From contig OZ037768.1 in NCBI GenBank assembly GCA_964035545.1, positions 62,001 through 126,000 of the forward strand: DNA of 64,000 bases, written 5' to 3'. The notes beneath the pieces are model-generated. The model made no database searches. It was not told where the DNA came from and was given only the letters and a program-made list of their open reading frames with translations. Positions 1-12,640 of the stretch are shown here, one piece after another (the stretch's first letter is position 1; each line of letters begins with the position of its first letter). Source of the stretch: Bugula neritina (lineage: Eukaryota; Animalia; Bryozoa). A program made the position numbers and the translations under genes.

Positions 1-167
1 TCCATCACTACTGACTATTCACTAGTGACTGTTGACTCATACTCCATCACTACTGACTATTCACTAGTGACTGTTGACTCATACTTCATCACTACTGACT
101 ATTCACTAGTGACTGTTGACTCATACTCCATCACTACTGACTATTCACTGGTGACTGTTGACTCATA
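1..167. repeat. 42-bp tandem repeat, about 4 copies, truncated by the window edge
   Basis: Unit TCCATCACTACTGACTATTCACTAGTGACTGTTGACTCATAC. Confidence 0.9.
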
Positions 168-206
168 CTACATAACTCTCCACCATATAGAACTAAAGTA
201 GTCATG

Positions 207-597
207 CACTGTTATCACAGTAGTAACTAGTGTAGTTACACATGTTATCACAGTAGTAACTAGTGTAGTTATACATGTTATCACAGTAGTAACTAGTGTA
301 GTCACACATGTTATCACAGTAGTAACTAGTGTAGTTACACATGTTATCACATTAGTAACTAGTGTAGTCACACATGTTATCACAGTAGTAACTAGTGTAG
401 TTATACATGTTATCACAGTAGTAACTAGTGTAGTCACACATGTTATCACAGTAGTAACTAGTGTAGTTATACATGTTATCACAGTAGTAACTAGTGTAGT
501 CACACATGTTATCACAGTAGTAACTAGTGTAGTTATACATGTTATCACAGTAGTAACTAGTGTAGTTATACATGTTATCACAGTAGGAACTAGTGTA
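207..597. repeat. 33-bp minisatellite, about 12 copies
   Basis: Unit CATGTTATCACAGTAGTAACTAGTGTAGTTATA. Confidence 0.92.
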
Positions 598-985
598 TTA
601 GGGATTTGGTGGCCATGTGATTAAGTTACCATTTCCCTTTAGCTGGTGAATAATAACAGATTTCTAGATATAATCTCACAAATTACATTTTTGCGGTGAG
701 CATTAGCTCAGAGTTTTGATGAATGTGCAGATGTTGCTCAACACCAGGTCTAAAGTGCCTCTTATTAATATGTATGTATTTTATTGCAATAGTCCTTAAA
801 TTAAGTTATTTATTAAAACTTTTACACTTCACTACCCTTGCTTTAGTTTCACCGGTAAAGAGGTTTTGTTGATAGCTAACATTTCTCTCCTGGTCTCTCA
901 CATTGATAGGGAGAGCTCTTGGTGCTGGTGTTATGTAACAACAGCTAACAGTTAAATTAATTACCACACTAAGTGGATCGATATA

Positions 986-1430
986 TTACCTGTGAATACA
1001 TGACCTGTAGACACATTACCTGTAGATACATTACCTGTAGACACATTACCTGTAGATACATTACCTGTAGACACATTACCTGTAAATACATTACCTGTAG
1101 ACATCTTACCTGTTGATGCATTACCTGTAGACACCTTACCTGTGAATACATTACCTGTAGATACACTACCTGTAGACACACTACCTGTAGATACATTACC
1201 TGTAGACACCTTACCTGTAGACACCTTACCTGTTGATGCATTACCTGTAGACACCTTACCTGTAAATACATTACCTGTAGATAAATTACCTGTAGATGCA
1301 CTACCTGCAGATACATTACCTGCGGACACATTACCTGTAGATACATTACCTGTAAACACATTACCTGTAGATACACTACCTGTAGACACATTACCCGTAG
1401 ATACATTACCTGTAGACACATTACCTGTAG
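986..1430. repeat. 15-bp minisatellite, about 30 copies
   Basis: Unit TTACCTGTAGATACA. Confidence 0.92.
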
Positions 1431-1889
1431 GCTATTGCTACCTCTAACATGTTAACACATATCACTCAGCATTGAATTCATTGTCTTAAAACTAAGCATC
1501 AATATTAAACAGTTGTGAGGTTAGAAACTCCCTATTTAATATCTGGTGGAGAAAGACACAGCTGTAGCTCTATTATCTTTACTCACCCTCACCTAATCTA
1601 AATAATTACATTGAATAATAAACCTGCATAACAAACTGCTGTGTGGAAAGCTGAATAGCCACTATTATATTCATTCAAGTCTAACTCGGGTCTTATACAA
1701 TCATCGCACTGTTTCACTGTTCTCTTTAAAATGAATAATTATTTGCCAGCTTAAGATTATTAATAACACAGATGCTTGCCTCTATTAGTCATTTTGAGGT
1801 AGCAATTTGTACTATGCATTGCTTACTTGTGTGTGTATTGTTGGCTGTGTAACTGTACTCGTAAAAAATTTCAGGTAAGCTTGTAGTTT

Positions 1890-2318
1890 TACATGTGCTG
1901 TGTGTAGTAACACATGTGCTGTGTGTAGTAACACATGTGCTGTGTGTAGTAGCACACGTACTGTGTGTAGTAACACATGTGCTGTGTGTAGTAACACATG
2001 TGCTGTGTGCAGTAACACATGTACTGTGTGCAGTAACACATGTGCTGTGTGCAGTAACACATGTGCTGTGTGTAGTAGCACACGTACTGTGTGTAGTAAC
2101 ACATGTGCTGTGTGTAGTAACACATGTGCTGTGTGCAGTAACACATGTACTGTGTGCAGTAACACATGTGCTGTGTGTAGTAACACATGTACTGTGTGCA
2201 GTAACACATGTACTGTGTATAGTAACACATGTGCTGTGTGTAGTAACACACGTACTGTGTGTAGTAACACATGTACTGTGTGTAGTAACACATGTACTGT
2301 GTGCAGTAACACATGTGC
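1890..2318. repeat. 21-bp minisatellite, about 20 copies
   Basis: Unit ACATGTGCTGTGTGTAGTAAC. It ends just upstream of a putative acceptor (TTCTATTCACAG). Confidence 0.92.
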
Positions 2319-2418
2319 TCCATTTTCTATTCACAGAAACTGCTTTTGAGAGAATTACAAGCACTAGTCTGACACACACCGCAGGTAGAATAATCAGGTC
2401 TTATACCTGCAAGACACC

Positions 2419-5400
2419 ATGACATACACTGCACTTTTATCTAGGAGTACAGTAAATATTGTGTGTTACTTCCTCCTGCCAACGGTTACACTAGCTATAG
2501 CTATGCTGTCTACCTCTATGGACATTAACACCACGTCCACACTCCCTCCTTCTCCCAGCTGTTCTGCTCTATTTCTGGCCCGAACATTGCCATTGCCTAG
2601 TCAGTGTTATTTTTCTATCACTATGGAAATGGTCACCTTGACCTGCCCTAACCTCTCGGAGTTCCCCACCATATCACAGGAATACAGAGCGTGCATAACG
2701 CAGCTGTAAGTGTAGTGTATAACATACAACATTTTAGTAATATTATGTTACATATTATACAATATTTTAATAATATTATGTTACATATTATACAATATTT
2801 TAGTAATATTATGTTATATATTATACAATGATTTAGTAATATTATGTTATATAGTATGCTATATTTTAGTAATATTATGTTATATAGTATACTATATTTT
2901 AGTAATATTATGTTATATATTATACTATATTTTAGTAATATTATGTTATATATTATACAATATTTTAGTAATATTATGTTATATATTATACAATATTTTA
3001 GTAATATTATGTTATATATTATACAATGTTTTAGTAGTATTATGTTATATATTATACTATATTTTAGTAATATTATGTTATATATTATACTATATTTTAG
3101 TAATATTATGTTATATATTATACTATATTTTAGTAATATTAAAGATTGCCAGCGACCTTTAGGTGACCTCAAGGAACTACACATATCTCTCTACTCTAAC
3201 CTGCTTTCATTGTAAGTGTATATTTATATCTACTCTCTGACACATATATCTACTCTCTGACACATATATATACTCTCTGACACATATATATACTCTCTGA
3301 CACATATATATATACTATCTGACACATATATCTACTCTCTGACACATATATCTACTCTCTGACATATATATCTACTCTCTGGCACATATATCTACTATCT
3401 GACACATAAATCTACTGTCTGACACATATATCTACTCTCTGACACATATATCTACTCTCTGACACATATATCTACTCTCTGACACATATATCTACTCATA
3501 ATTGTAGAAGTATTACAAACTGTGGACTAACAAGTGTCGACTCAACAACTTTTATTTCAAATCGAGAATTAGAAAGCCTGTAAGTATACTACGTATATAC
3601 TCTTTGAGTGAGTACTAACTACTATAACATGAGTTATATACTCTTTGGGTGAGTACTTACTGTTATAACATTAGTTATATACTCTTTGGGTGAGTACTAA
3701 CTGTTATAACATAAGTTATATACTCTTTGAGTGAGTACTACCAATTATAACATGAGTTATATACTCTTTGTAGAGATCTGTCCAACAACCATCTGGAAGT
3801 TGTTAGTTATGACACAATATTTACAATCAGGAAGCCGCACTCGATGTGAGTTGGAACATATTTTACTCTTGAATTCATCCCTCCTTGTAATGATTGAACA
3901 GCTCTTCTCATATTTTACACTCTGTGCATTGATTTTCATCTTAGCAACTTGATGGAAAACCCTTTCGTCTGCAACTGCTCCATGGCATGGATGTCGACAG
4001 CATTGTCTTCGAATTTGAATTTTTCTAACATATTTGTTGGTTTCCCAAAATGCAATGGGACGATACATTTGAAAAATTTGACTCTACCAGAATGTAAAAG
4101 ACCAGACGTTAGTGTAACCCACGAATCACCGACCACCAATTTGTCTGCAGGGGCGGAGCTTACATTGTCTTGTTATGGGACCGGGTCCCCGCCTCCCCAG
4201 GTAAATACTCATCAGAATGATAAACAAGTCATTGCTGTGAATCTTAACCTTTTCTTAGTGGTTGACACTGATTGATTATTTATTGTGATAGGTAGTATGG
4301 TTGACAGAGGATTTAAACTCCTCGTTTACACTCTCTGGCGTGGAAACACAGAATCTAACTCTCCATATCACCAACATTTCAAAGGCAGATAATGGACGCC
4401 AATTAGCTTGCTATGCTAAAAATGTCGTCTTTCATAAGAGAGATACAGTCGTACTACAAATAAACAGTGAGTGTGATTAGCAATTAACTAGTTAATTACT
4501 GCTAGTTAGTTACTACTAGCTAGTTGCTAGTACTAGTTAGTTACTACTAGCTAGTTACTACTAGTTAGTTACTACTAGCTAGTTACTAGTAGTAGTTAGT
4601 TACTACTAGCTAGTTACTACTAGCTAGTTACTAGTAGTATTTAGTTACTATTAGTAGTTAGTTACTAGCTAGTAGTAACTAGCTAGTAGTAACTAACTAG
4701 TAGTAACTAACTAGTAGTAACTAACTACTAGTAATAACTGACTGGTAGTAATTAACTAGTTGCAGTAACAAAATTGAGTAACTGACTACCAGAGTTCAAG
4801 TAATATGCTATGTGGAGAACGAATAACAGTAGTATGTGGTAGTCATGTGGTAGTCATGTGGTAGTATGCGGTAGTATGCGGTAGTATGCGGTAGTATGCG
4901 GTAGTATGCGGTAGTATGCGGTAGTATGCGGTAGTATGCGGTAGGATGTGGTAGTATGCTGTTACACGGATATGATTTATTACCAAATCTTTTATACTTG
5001 TGATGGCATTTCTTTTTGTTTTTATAGTTGCTGTGAAAATCGAAAAGTTCACGTTTTTAAAAGACAAAGCCTGTCTAAATTATGTCGTATATGGAACAGC
5101 ACCCTTTCAAATGACCTTGAGCCTTCAAGGGTCATTGCTACAGATAAGTATGTTTTGCCTGTGTTAGTGACATGTAGATACTATGTGTCTACTATAGTAC
5201 TGTAGTAGTAGATACTGTGTGAATACTATAGTACTGTAGTAGTATATACTGTGTGAATACTGTAGTAGTATATACTATGTGAATACTGTAGTACTGTAGT
5301 AGTATATACTGTGTGAATACTGTAGTACTGTAGTAGTATATACTGTGTGAATACTGTAGTACTGTAGTAGTATATACTGTGTGAATACTGTAGTACTGTA

Positions 5401-8400
5401 GTAGTATATACTGTGTGAATACTGTAGTAGTAGATACTGTTGCAGGTGAACTGTTCTATGACAATGTATGTAACACCACTACTTGCCGCACGTATGAGTT
5501 TGACAAGAGTAAAGGGTGTCTGACATGGAAGGCGGGGATAGTCGGAGGCAGCTACATGATGAACGTGTCGAACAGATTTGGCTCAAACATAGCCTACGCG
5601 GATGTGTCAGGAAGTGACTCTAATGTCCATCCATCCAACAGCAATCTCCGCACACTTGACTTGGGAACAGACCGGGTGACTACTGCTCTTGTTGTGCATA
5701 CGACAGCAGGCCAGGTGGGTGACCAAGTTGTAACTAAATATATCCTTTGACAGCAAGTCATTTAGTATGTCAATTGAATGTATCTGTGGCAGTGGGGTGC
5801 AGGTGTGTGTCGTATGTTTCAGGTCTCCTATGTGGCCGTGGTGACACCAGTGGTTTCTATAGCACCGGTAATTGCTCTTCTCTGTGTAGCCTTCTACTGC
5901 AGGCACCGGGCACACAGGAAGAGGAAACAACTTGCTAGAATGGGTGAGTAATGGGGAGATAAGTCATATGAAACTAGTAGTATATAGTATAACATAGTAG
6001 TATATAGTATAACATAGTAGTATACAGTATAACATAGTAGTATATAGTATAACATAGTAGTATATAGTATAACATAGTAGTATATAGTATAACATAGTAG
6101 TATATAGTATAACATAGTAGTATATAGTATAACATAGTAGTATATAGTATAACATAGTAGTATATAGTATAACATAGTAGTATATAGTATAACATAGTAG
6201 TATATAGTATAACATAGTAGTATATAGTATAACATAGTAGTATATAGTATAACATAGTAGTATATAATATAACATAGTAGTATATAGTATAACATAGTAG
6301 TATACAGTATAACATAGTAGTATATAGTATAACATAGTAGTATATAGTATAACATAGTAGTATATAGTATAACATAGTAGTATATAGTATAACATAGTAG
6401 TATATAGTATATAGTATAGTATATAGTATAACATAGTAGTATATAGTATAACATAGTAGTATATAGTATAACATAGTAGTATATAGTATAACATAGTAGT
6501 ATATAGTATAACATAGTAGTATATCGTATAACATAGTAGTATATAGTATAACATAGTAGTATATAGTATAACATAGTAGTATATAGTATAACATAGTAGT
6601 ATATCGTATAACATAGTAGTATATAGTATAACATAGTAGTATATAGTATAACATAGTAGTATATCGTATAACATAGTAGTATATAGTATAACATAGTAGT
6701 ATACAGTATAACATAGTAGTATATAGTATAACATAGTAGTATATAGTATAACATAGTAGTATACAGTATAACATAGTAGTATACAGTATAACATAGTAGT
6801 ATATAGTATAACATAGTAGTATATAGTATAACATAGTAGTATATAGTATAACATAGTAGTATATAGTATAGTATAGTAGTATATAGTATAACATAGTAGT
6901 ATATAGTATAGTATAGTAGTATATAGTATAACATAGTAGTATATAGTATAACATAGTAGTATATAATATAACATAGTAGTATATAATATAACATAGTAGT
7001 ATATAGTATAACATAGTAGTATATAGTATAACATAGTAGTATATAGTATAACATAGTAGTATACAGTATAACATAGTAGTATATAATATAACAGAGTAGT
7101 ATACAGTATAACATAGTAGTATATAGTATAACATAGTAGTATATAGTATAACATAGTAGTATATCGTATAACATAGTAGTATACAGTATAACATAGTAGT
7201 ATACAGTATAACCCTAGTAAGCTTGTGTATCTCATTACAGAAGACAAAAGTTACGAGTTGTCTCCCCTAACAGAGTTACCTCCCATGACAGATAACCCTC
7301 ACTACCATCTCCTGTCTCAACAGGTTACAAAGAGTAAGTATTAAGCTCCCCTACAAGTCCAAATAGCGAGACATAAAACTAACTAGTGTGTTACAAGTGC
7401 TCATAGCTCCATCAAACTGCTAGACTAGATCTGCTTTTCATTGCAGAGCTGCGAATTATAGACTCGAATCAGCTAATATTCATCAAGGAGCTGGGAGAAG
7501 GGGCATTTGGCAGAGTCTACCTGGGATCCTGTCTTAACCTGTTGACAGGTAAAGCAGTGACTGTAACAGCTCTTCATCTCAACACTGCCGTATCTCTCTT
7601 ACGTCACGTATCATCATTTTATTGATTTTCAAACTTCAGTGGCCGATAGCTTCTTTTTGTTTAGAGTAGATGGGAACCCAATATATGGGGCAGTTACTGT
7701 ATGTCAATGTACATGTATGTGTGTGTATGTGTGTGCGCGTGTGCGTGCGTGTGTGTGTGTGTGCGTGCGTGTGTCTGTGTGTGTGTGTGTATGTGTGTAT
7801 AATATATGTGCGTGTATAATATATGTGCGTATAACTTAGGGGATGAGAGAACAATGGTGGCCATTAAGACTCTCAAGACTTCAGTCACTGAAGAGGCAAT
7901 GAAAGACTTTGAGCACGAAGCGGAGCTGATGACAGACATGAGTCATGAAAACATCGTGTCTTTCTACGGCATCAGTTATAACGGAGAGAATCTTATGATG
8001 ATATTTGAGTACATGGAGAATAAGGACCTGAACAACTACTTGAGGTAGAGAGATATACTATATATAGTGTTAGTATACTGCTACTGGTATAGATATATAC
8101 TATATAGTGTTAGTATACTGTTACTGGTATACTATATACTACATAATATTACTATATTATGTATTGCTAGGAGCAACGGGCCGGACGCATCGTGTCTGGG
8201 ATACTCCACATGGAAAAGTTCTCCACTCTTGATGATTCAGTTACTCTACATATCACAGCAAATAGCAGCAGGTAAGTGAAGGTGTTATTACAGGTGTGTT
8301 ATGTTACAGGTGTGTTATGTTACAGGTGTGTTGTGTTACAGGTGTGCTATGTTACAGGTGTGCTATGTTACAGGTATGAAGTATTTGGCTGAAAGACACT

Positions 8401-9560
8401 TCGTGCACAGAGATTTGGCCACAAGGAACTGCTTAGTGGGAGAGAAGTTGACTGTTAAGATTGGTGATTTTGGTATGAGCAGGGACGTGTACAGCACAGA
8501 CTACTACAAGGTAAGTATAGTAAGTACATTCACGACATGGTCAGTAGTACAGTGTATATCTAGAGATGCATACAAGTTTGAAGATGGTGTTATTCAGGTC
8601 GGAGGTCAGACTATGCTGCCCATCAGATGGATGCCTCCAGAAAGTGTATTATACAGAAAATTTACTATTGAGTCAGACGTGTGGAGCTTTGGTGTGGTTC
8701 TGTGGGAAATATTCAACTATGGCCGCCAGCCGTGGTTTGAATTATCCAATATGGAGGTAAAAGGTCATATAGATATTACTTGTAGGTCATATAGATATTA
8801 CTTGTAGGTTATATAGATATTACTTGTAGGTCATATAGATATTACTTGTAGGTCATATAGATATTACTTGTAGGTCATATAGATATTACTTGTAGGTCAT
8901 ATAGATATTACTTGTAGGTCATATAGATATTACTTGTAGGTTATATAGATATTACTTGTAGGTTATATAGATATTACTTGTAGGTTATATAGATATTACT
9001 TGTAGGTTATATAGATATTACTTGTAGGTTATATAGATATTACTTGTAGGTTATATAGATATTACTTGTAGGTTATATAGATATTACTTGTAGGTCATAT
9101 AGATATTACTTGTAGGTCATATAGATATTACTTGTAGGTTATATAGATATTACTTGTAGGTTATATAGATATTACTTGTAGGTTATATAGATATTACTTG
9201 TAGGTTATATAGATATTACTTGTAGGTTATATAGATATTACTTGTAGGTTATATAGATATTACTTGTAGGTTATATAGATATTACTTGTAGGTTATATAG
9301 ATATTACTTGTAGGTTATATAGATATTACTTGCAGGTCATAGAGTGCATCAAAGAAGGACGAGTGCTGAGTAAGCCAGCTGACTGCACAGATGAACTTTA
9401 CCAACTCATGTTGTGCTGCTGGAAAACCCAGCCAGCTGATCGAGTGAGCATGTGCAAGATGTACGACATCCTGTCAGACTACCTGGCACCCGGCAGCCCT
9501 TATAACAACAACAGCAGAGCCGTCAGCAACAAGGAATCTCCGTTTCCTCTCCTAACATGA
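2419..9560 (+). CDS. NTRK: Trk-family neurotrophin receptor tyrosine kinase (signal peptide, Cys/LRR, 2 Ig, TM, NPxY, kinase), 16 coding exons
   Basis: Phase-compatible exons: 2419-2705, 3134-3211, 3508-3579, 3774-3845, 3945-4200, 4292-4466, 5028-5147, 5446-5714, 5823-5943, 7241-7333, 7447-7548, 7840-8044, 8171-8271, 8374-8510, 8598-8756, 9336-9560. Motifs: [68 protein letters not shown], and the Trk activation loop [29 protein letters not shown]. The start codon is the least certain part. Confidence 0.93.
2725..3141 (+). repeat. 33-bp array copying the Trk exon 2 acceptor plus the first 8 exon nt
   Basis: Unit ..TATTTTAG|TAATATTATGTTATATATTATACAA; the real junction is TATTTTAG|TAATATTAAAG at 3133/3134. 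Confidence 0.9.
3226..3497. repeat. 20-bp intronic minisatellite
   Basis: Unit ACACATATATCTACTCTCTG. Confidence 0.9.
4480..4790. repeat. Fold-back (inverted) microsatellite
   Basis: TAGTTAGTTACTACTAGC-type units switch to their reverse complement GCTAGTAGTAACTAACTA near 4668. Confidence 0.75.
5975..7212. repeat. 20-bp intronic minisatellite, about 62 copies
   Basis: Unit TATATAGTATAACATAGTAG; it fills the Trk intron after the TM exon. Confidence 0.95.
8286..8376 (+). repeat. 16-bp AG|GT-containing array, 6 copies
   Basis: Unit GTTACAG|GTGTGYTAT; the last copy is the real acceptor (8373/8374). Confidence 0.9.
8762..9341 (+). repeat. 22-bp array copying the last Trk acceptor, about 26 copies
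   Basis: Unit TAGATATTACTTGTAG|GTYATA; the real junction is TTACTTGCAG|GTCATAGAG. Confidence 0.93.
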
Positions 9561-10039
9561 AGTATAAGACATCTGGTAGTCATATGGAGAACTGTGTACT
9601 ATAGAGAGATATGTTTATATTAAGAACTGTGTACTATAGAGAGATATGTTTATATTATCTGGTAGCCATATTAAGAACTGTGTACTATAGAGAGATATGT
9701 TTATATTAAGAACTGTGTACTATAGAGAGATATGTTTATATTAAGAACTGTGTAGTATAGAGAGATATGTTTATATTAAGAACTGTGTACTAAGTATTTA
9801 TGCAATGGGTATGAATTATTTGTACAGTTATATTTTGTTCATATTTTCAGATGACATAACATAATATTTGTTTTGAACCAGTCCTGGTGTTATATTTAAC
9901 TAAAGATGTATAATGATACTCTTGTATATAAATAATCATTACAACAGCATCTGCTGCTTCACTTGTTTACCATATTTGGCACTTAAAACGGGAGATGAAT
10001 ATATAGTAAACTACTAACATTACCATATTACCCCAAACC

Positions 10040-10592
10040 CCTCACTGTTTCATATACTTCCTATAGTGTAGCTAAGTCCCTCCCCCTTACTGTATCATAT
10101 ACTTTCTATAGTGTAGCGAAGTCCCTCCCCTTACTGTTTCATATACTTCCTATAGTGTAGCTAAGTCCCTCCCCCTTACTGTATCATATACTTCCTATAG
10201 TGTAGCGAAGTCCCTCCCCTTACTGTTTCATATACTTCCTATAGTGTAGTGAAGTCCCTCCCCTTACTGTTTCATATACTTCCTATAGTGTAGCTAAGTC
10301 CCTCCCCTTACTGTTTCATATACTTTCTATAGTGTAGCTAAGTCCCTCCCCTTACTGTTTCATATACTTTCTATAGTGTAGCTAAGTCTCTCCCCTCACT
10401 GTTTCATGTACTTCCTATAGTGTAGCTAAGTCCCTCCCCTTACTGTATCATATACTTCCTATAGTGTAGCTAAGTCCCTCCCCTTACTGTATCATATACT
10501 TCCTATAGTGTAGCTAAGTCCCTCCCCTTACTGTTTCATGTACTTCCTATAGTGTAGCTAAGTCCCTCCCCTCACTGTTTCATATACTTCCT
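10040..10592 (-). repeat. 44-45-bp array copying the DSCC1 last codons and stop, about 12 copies
   Basis: The minus-strand unit contains AGGAAGTATATGAAACAGT(G/A)A, i.e. RKYMKQ-stop. Confidence 0.9.
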
Positions 10593-12640
10593 AGTGAAGT
10601 ATTTGACTCCAGAACTGCTGAAAGACCTGGCATGTTTCATAACCAACACACTAACTGTCAGTTTACCAACTGTCAATGGTTCTATATACGGAGTTATTTC
10701 CTCCAATGACCAGCGATCTTTAGAATCAAAGAGTTCTTCAAACCTCACTTTGATGTCTTCAGATAAGTTTTGAACAGGAAAATACCTGATAACTGCAGGC
10801 TGAGTTTCTGACTCCAGGAAGGCAATACCTGAGAGATACACAACATAGTCTACTAGATTCACTTAAACATCATGCTTATCTCTTCACTTAAACATCATGC
10901 TTATCTCTTCACTCAAACATCATGCTTATCTCTTCACTTAAACATCATGCTTATCTCTTCACTTAAACATCATGCTTATCTCTTCACTTAAACATCATGC
11001 TTATCTCTTCACTTAAACATCATGCTTATCTCTTCACTTAAACATCATGCTTATCTCTTCACTTAAACATCATGCTTATCTCTTCACTTAAACATCATGC
11101 TTATCTCTTCACTTAAACATCATGCTTATCTCTTCACTTAAACATCATGCTTATCTCTTCACTCAAACATCATGCTTATCTCTTCACTTAAACATCATGC
11201 TTATCTCTTCACTTAAACATCATGCTTATCTCTTCACTTAAACATCATGCTTATCTCTTCACTTAAACATCATGCTTATCTCTTCACTTAAACATCATGC
11301 TTATCTCTTCACTTAAACATCATGCTTATCTCTTCACTTAAACTGCTTATTGACTGTAGACAAACCTCTGAGCTGAGTGAGTTGCGTCATCATTCCTTCT
11401 GGTACACTGTCTTTCCAAGCAGTCAAAAACTCTTCCAAGTTAAATTTTGTAGTTGGTCTGAGTAACATTTCAGCAAAAAATCTACAGACCTATACCAAAG
11501 AAAAAGTTTAAATAACAATCAATTTAGAACCCAAATGGATTAAAGTATTGCACATGACCAAACTTAGCTAGCAAACTATGACAGCGTAAGGGTATTACAG
11601 ATATTCACCTTCTCTTCATCAAGCTGCCAAATATCACTGTGAGGGTTGGCAGGATCTAAAGAAGATCCATAGGATTGTAGAGTGTGGTCAATTATTTCCC
11701 TGGGGTATAATTCCTCGAGAGTTGCTAACGTTTCTAGGCGGCTAAAAGAGCCAAAATGCCATGAATTTTCTTCAATAAGTGCAGAAATAGAAGAAATGAT
11801 TCGAGCCAAATAATCAAAATCAACCATTCGCACGTAACCATTTAATTCTACAATGTTTAGAGAAGACAAGGCACACACAATCTCAGTGTTACTAGCGGGT
11901 AAAAGAGAAACAAGGTCATTCATGGTTAATTTTCCAAATACATCTGCTTCGTGTTCTGGACCATCATAAGAAGTTGGGCCAAGTAGCTTCATTATTGCAT
12001 TAATTCGTGGCTTTATAGGCCGCAGTTCGAGATAACAATGGCAAGTTGAGCTAACGCGTATCTTGCTCAAACGAATATGAGACTTAGACGGAGTCACTGC
12101 TAAAGTATTACTGCCACATTCTGCATGACTATTCGCCTGAACATTCCCAGCGACACCATCATTATCCTTATCATGATCACGATAATCAGAATCCTTAGAC
12201 TTGTCAGTGCCATTATCATTATGATTACGTCTAGCATTTAGTTCTCTATCAAAAAGAAAATTTTTATCAACTTTTGACTGAGACTGAGCAGGCAAATCAA
12301 AGTTTGCCCCAGAAACCAAAAGCAAAGCATTGGATATTTCCGCATCCTTAACGTCAAATGTTGCTTCATCAGTACACAAAACACAATTCTCGGAGTTTAA
12401 TCCTTTCAAAATCAACTTTCCACCATTTTCTAAATGATGAAGAGTAGAAGGGTTGAGTTCCAGCAATTTTAACCCATCTGGTTGGAGATTATTATCAAAG
12501 TAAACTTGTTGAACATCAGGCTTCAAGTCATTTATATCAAGTTTTGCAAATTTTAAAATTTTCTTTACGACCTCAGTTTGCTGAAGTGTATGATTTTCCT
12601 TGTTCATATGCGATGAATAATCTTGTTCACCAAGCTCCAT
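10572..12640 (-). CDS. DSCC1: Sister chromatid cohesion protein DCC1 (Ctf18-RFC subunit), 3 exons
   Basis: Exons 12640-11609, 11489-11366, 10828-10572. Motifs KLLEL..LENGGKLILKG..NCVLCTDEATFDVKDAEISN, FLTAWKDSVPEG and RFEELF..KDRWSLEEITPYI. Start taken at MELGEQ (12640); the upstream ORF extension is probably UTR. Confidence 0.9.
10858..11349. repeat. 25-bp intronic minisatellite, about 19 copies
   Basis: Unit CACTTAAACATCATGCTTATCTCTT; it fills DSCC1 intron 2. Confidence 0.95.

Noticed and set aside
5894-7247. Tyr/Ile/Leu-rich ORFs of more than 400 aa (likewise 16084-17130 beyond the exon, 28139-29142, 31995-32669, 53820-54350)
   Set aside because: They are translations of intronic minisatellites, with no domain content.
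7711-7830. (GT/GC)n tract with His-Thr ORFs
   Set aside because: Ordinary intronic dinucleotide microsatellite.
8757-9335. Intron created de novo by the AG|GT-containing duplication
   Set aside because: The position (SNxE|VIEC) matches, from memory, the conserved last intron of vertebrate NTRK genes, so the array invaded an old intron.
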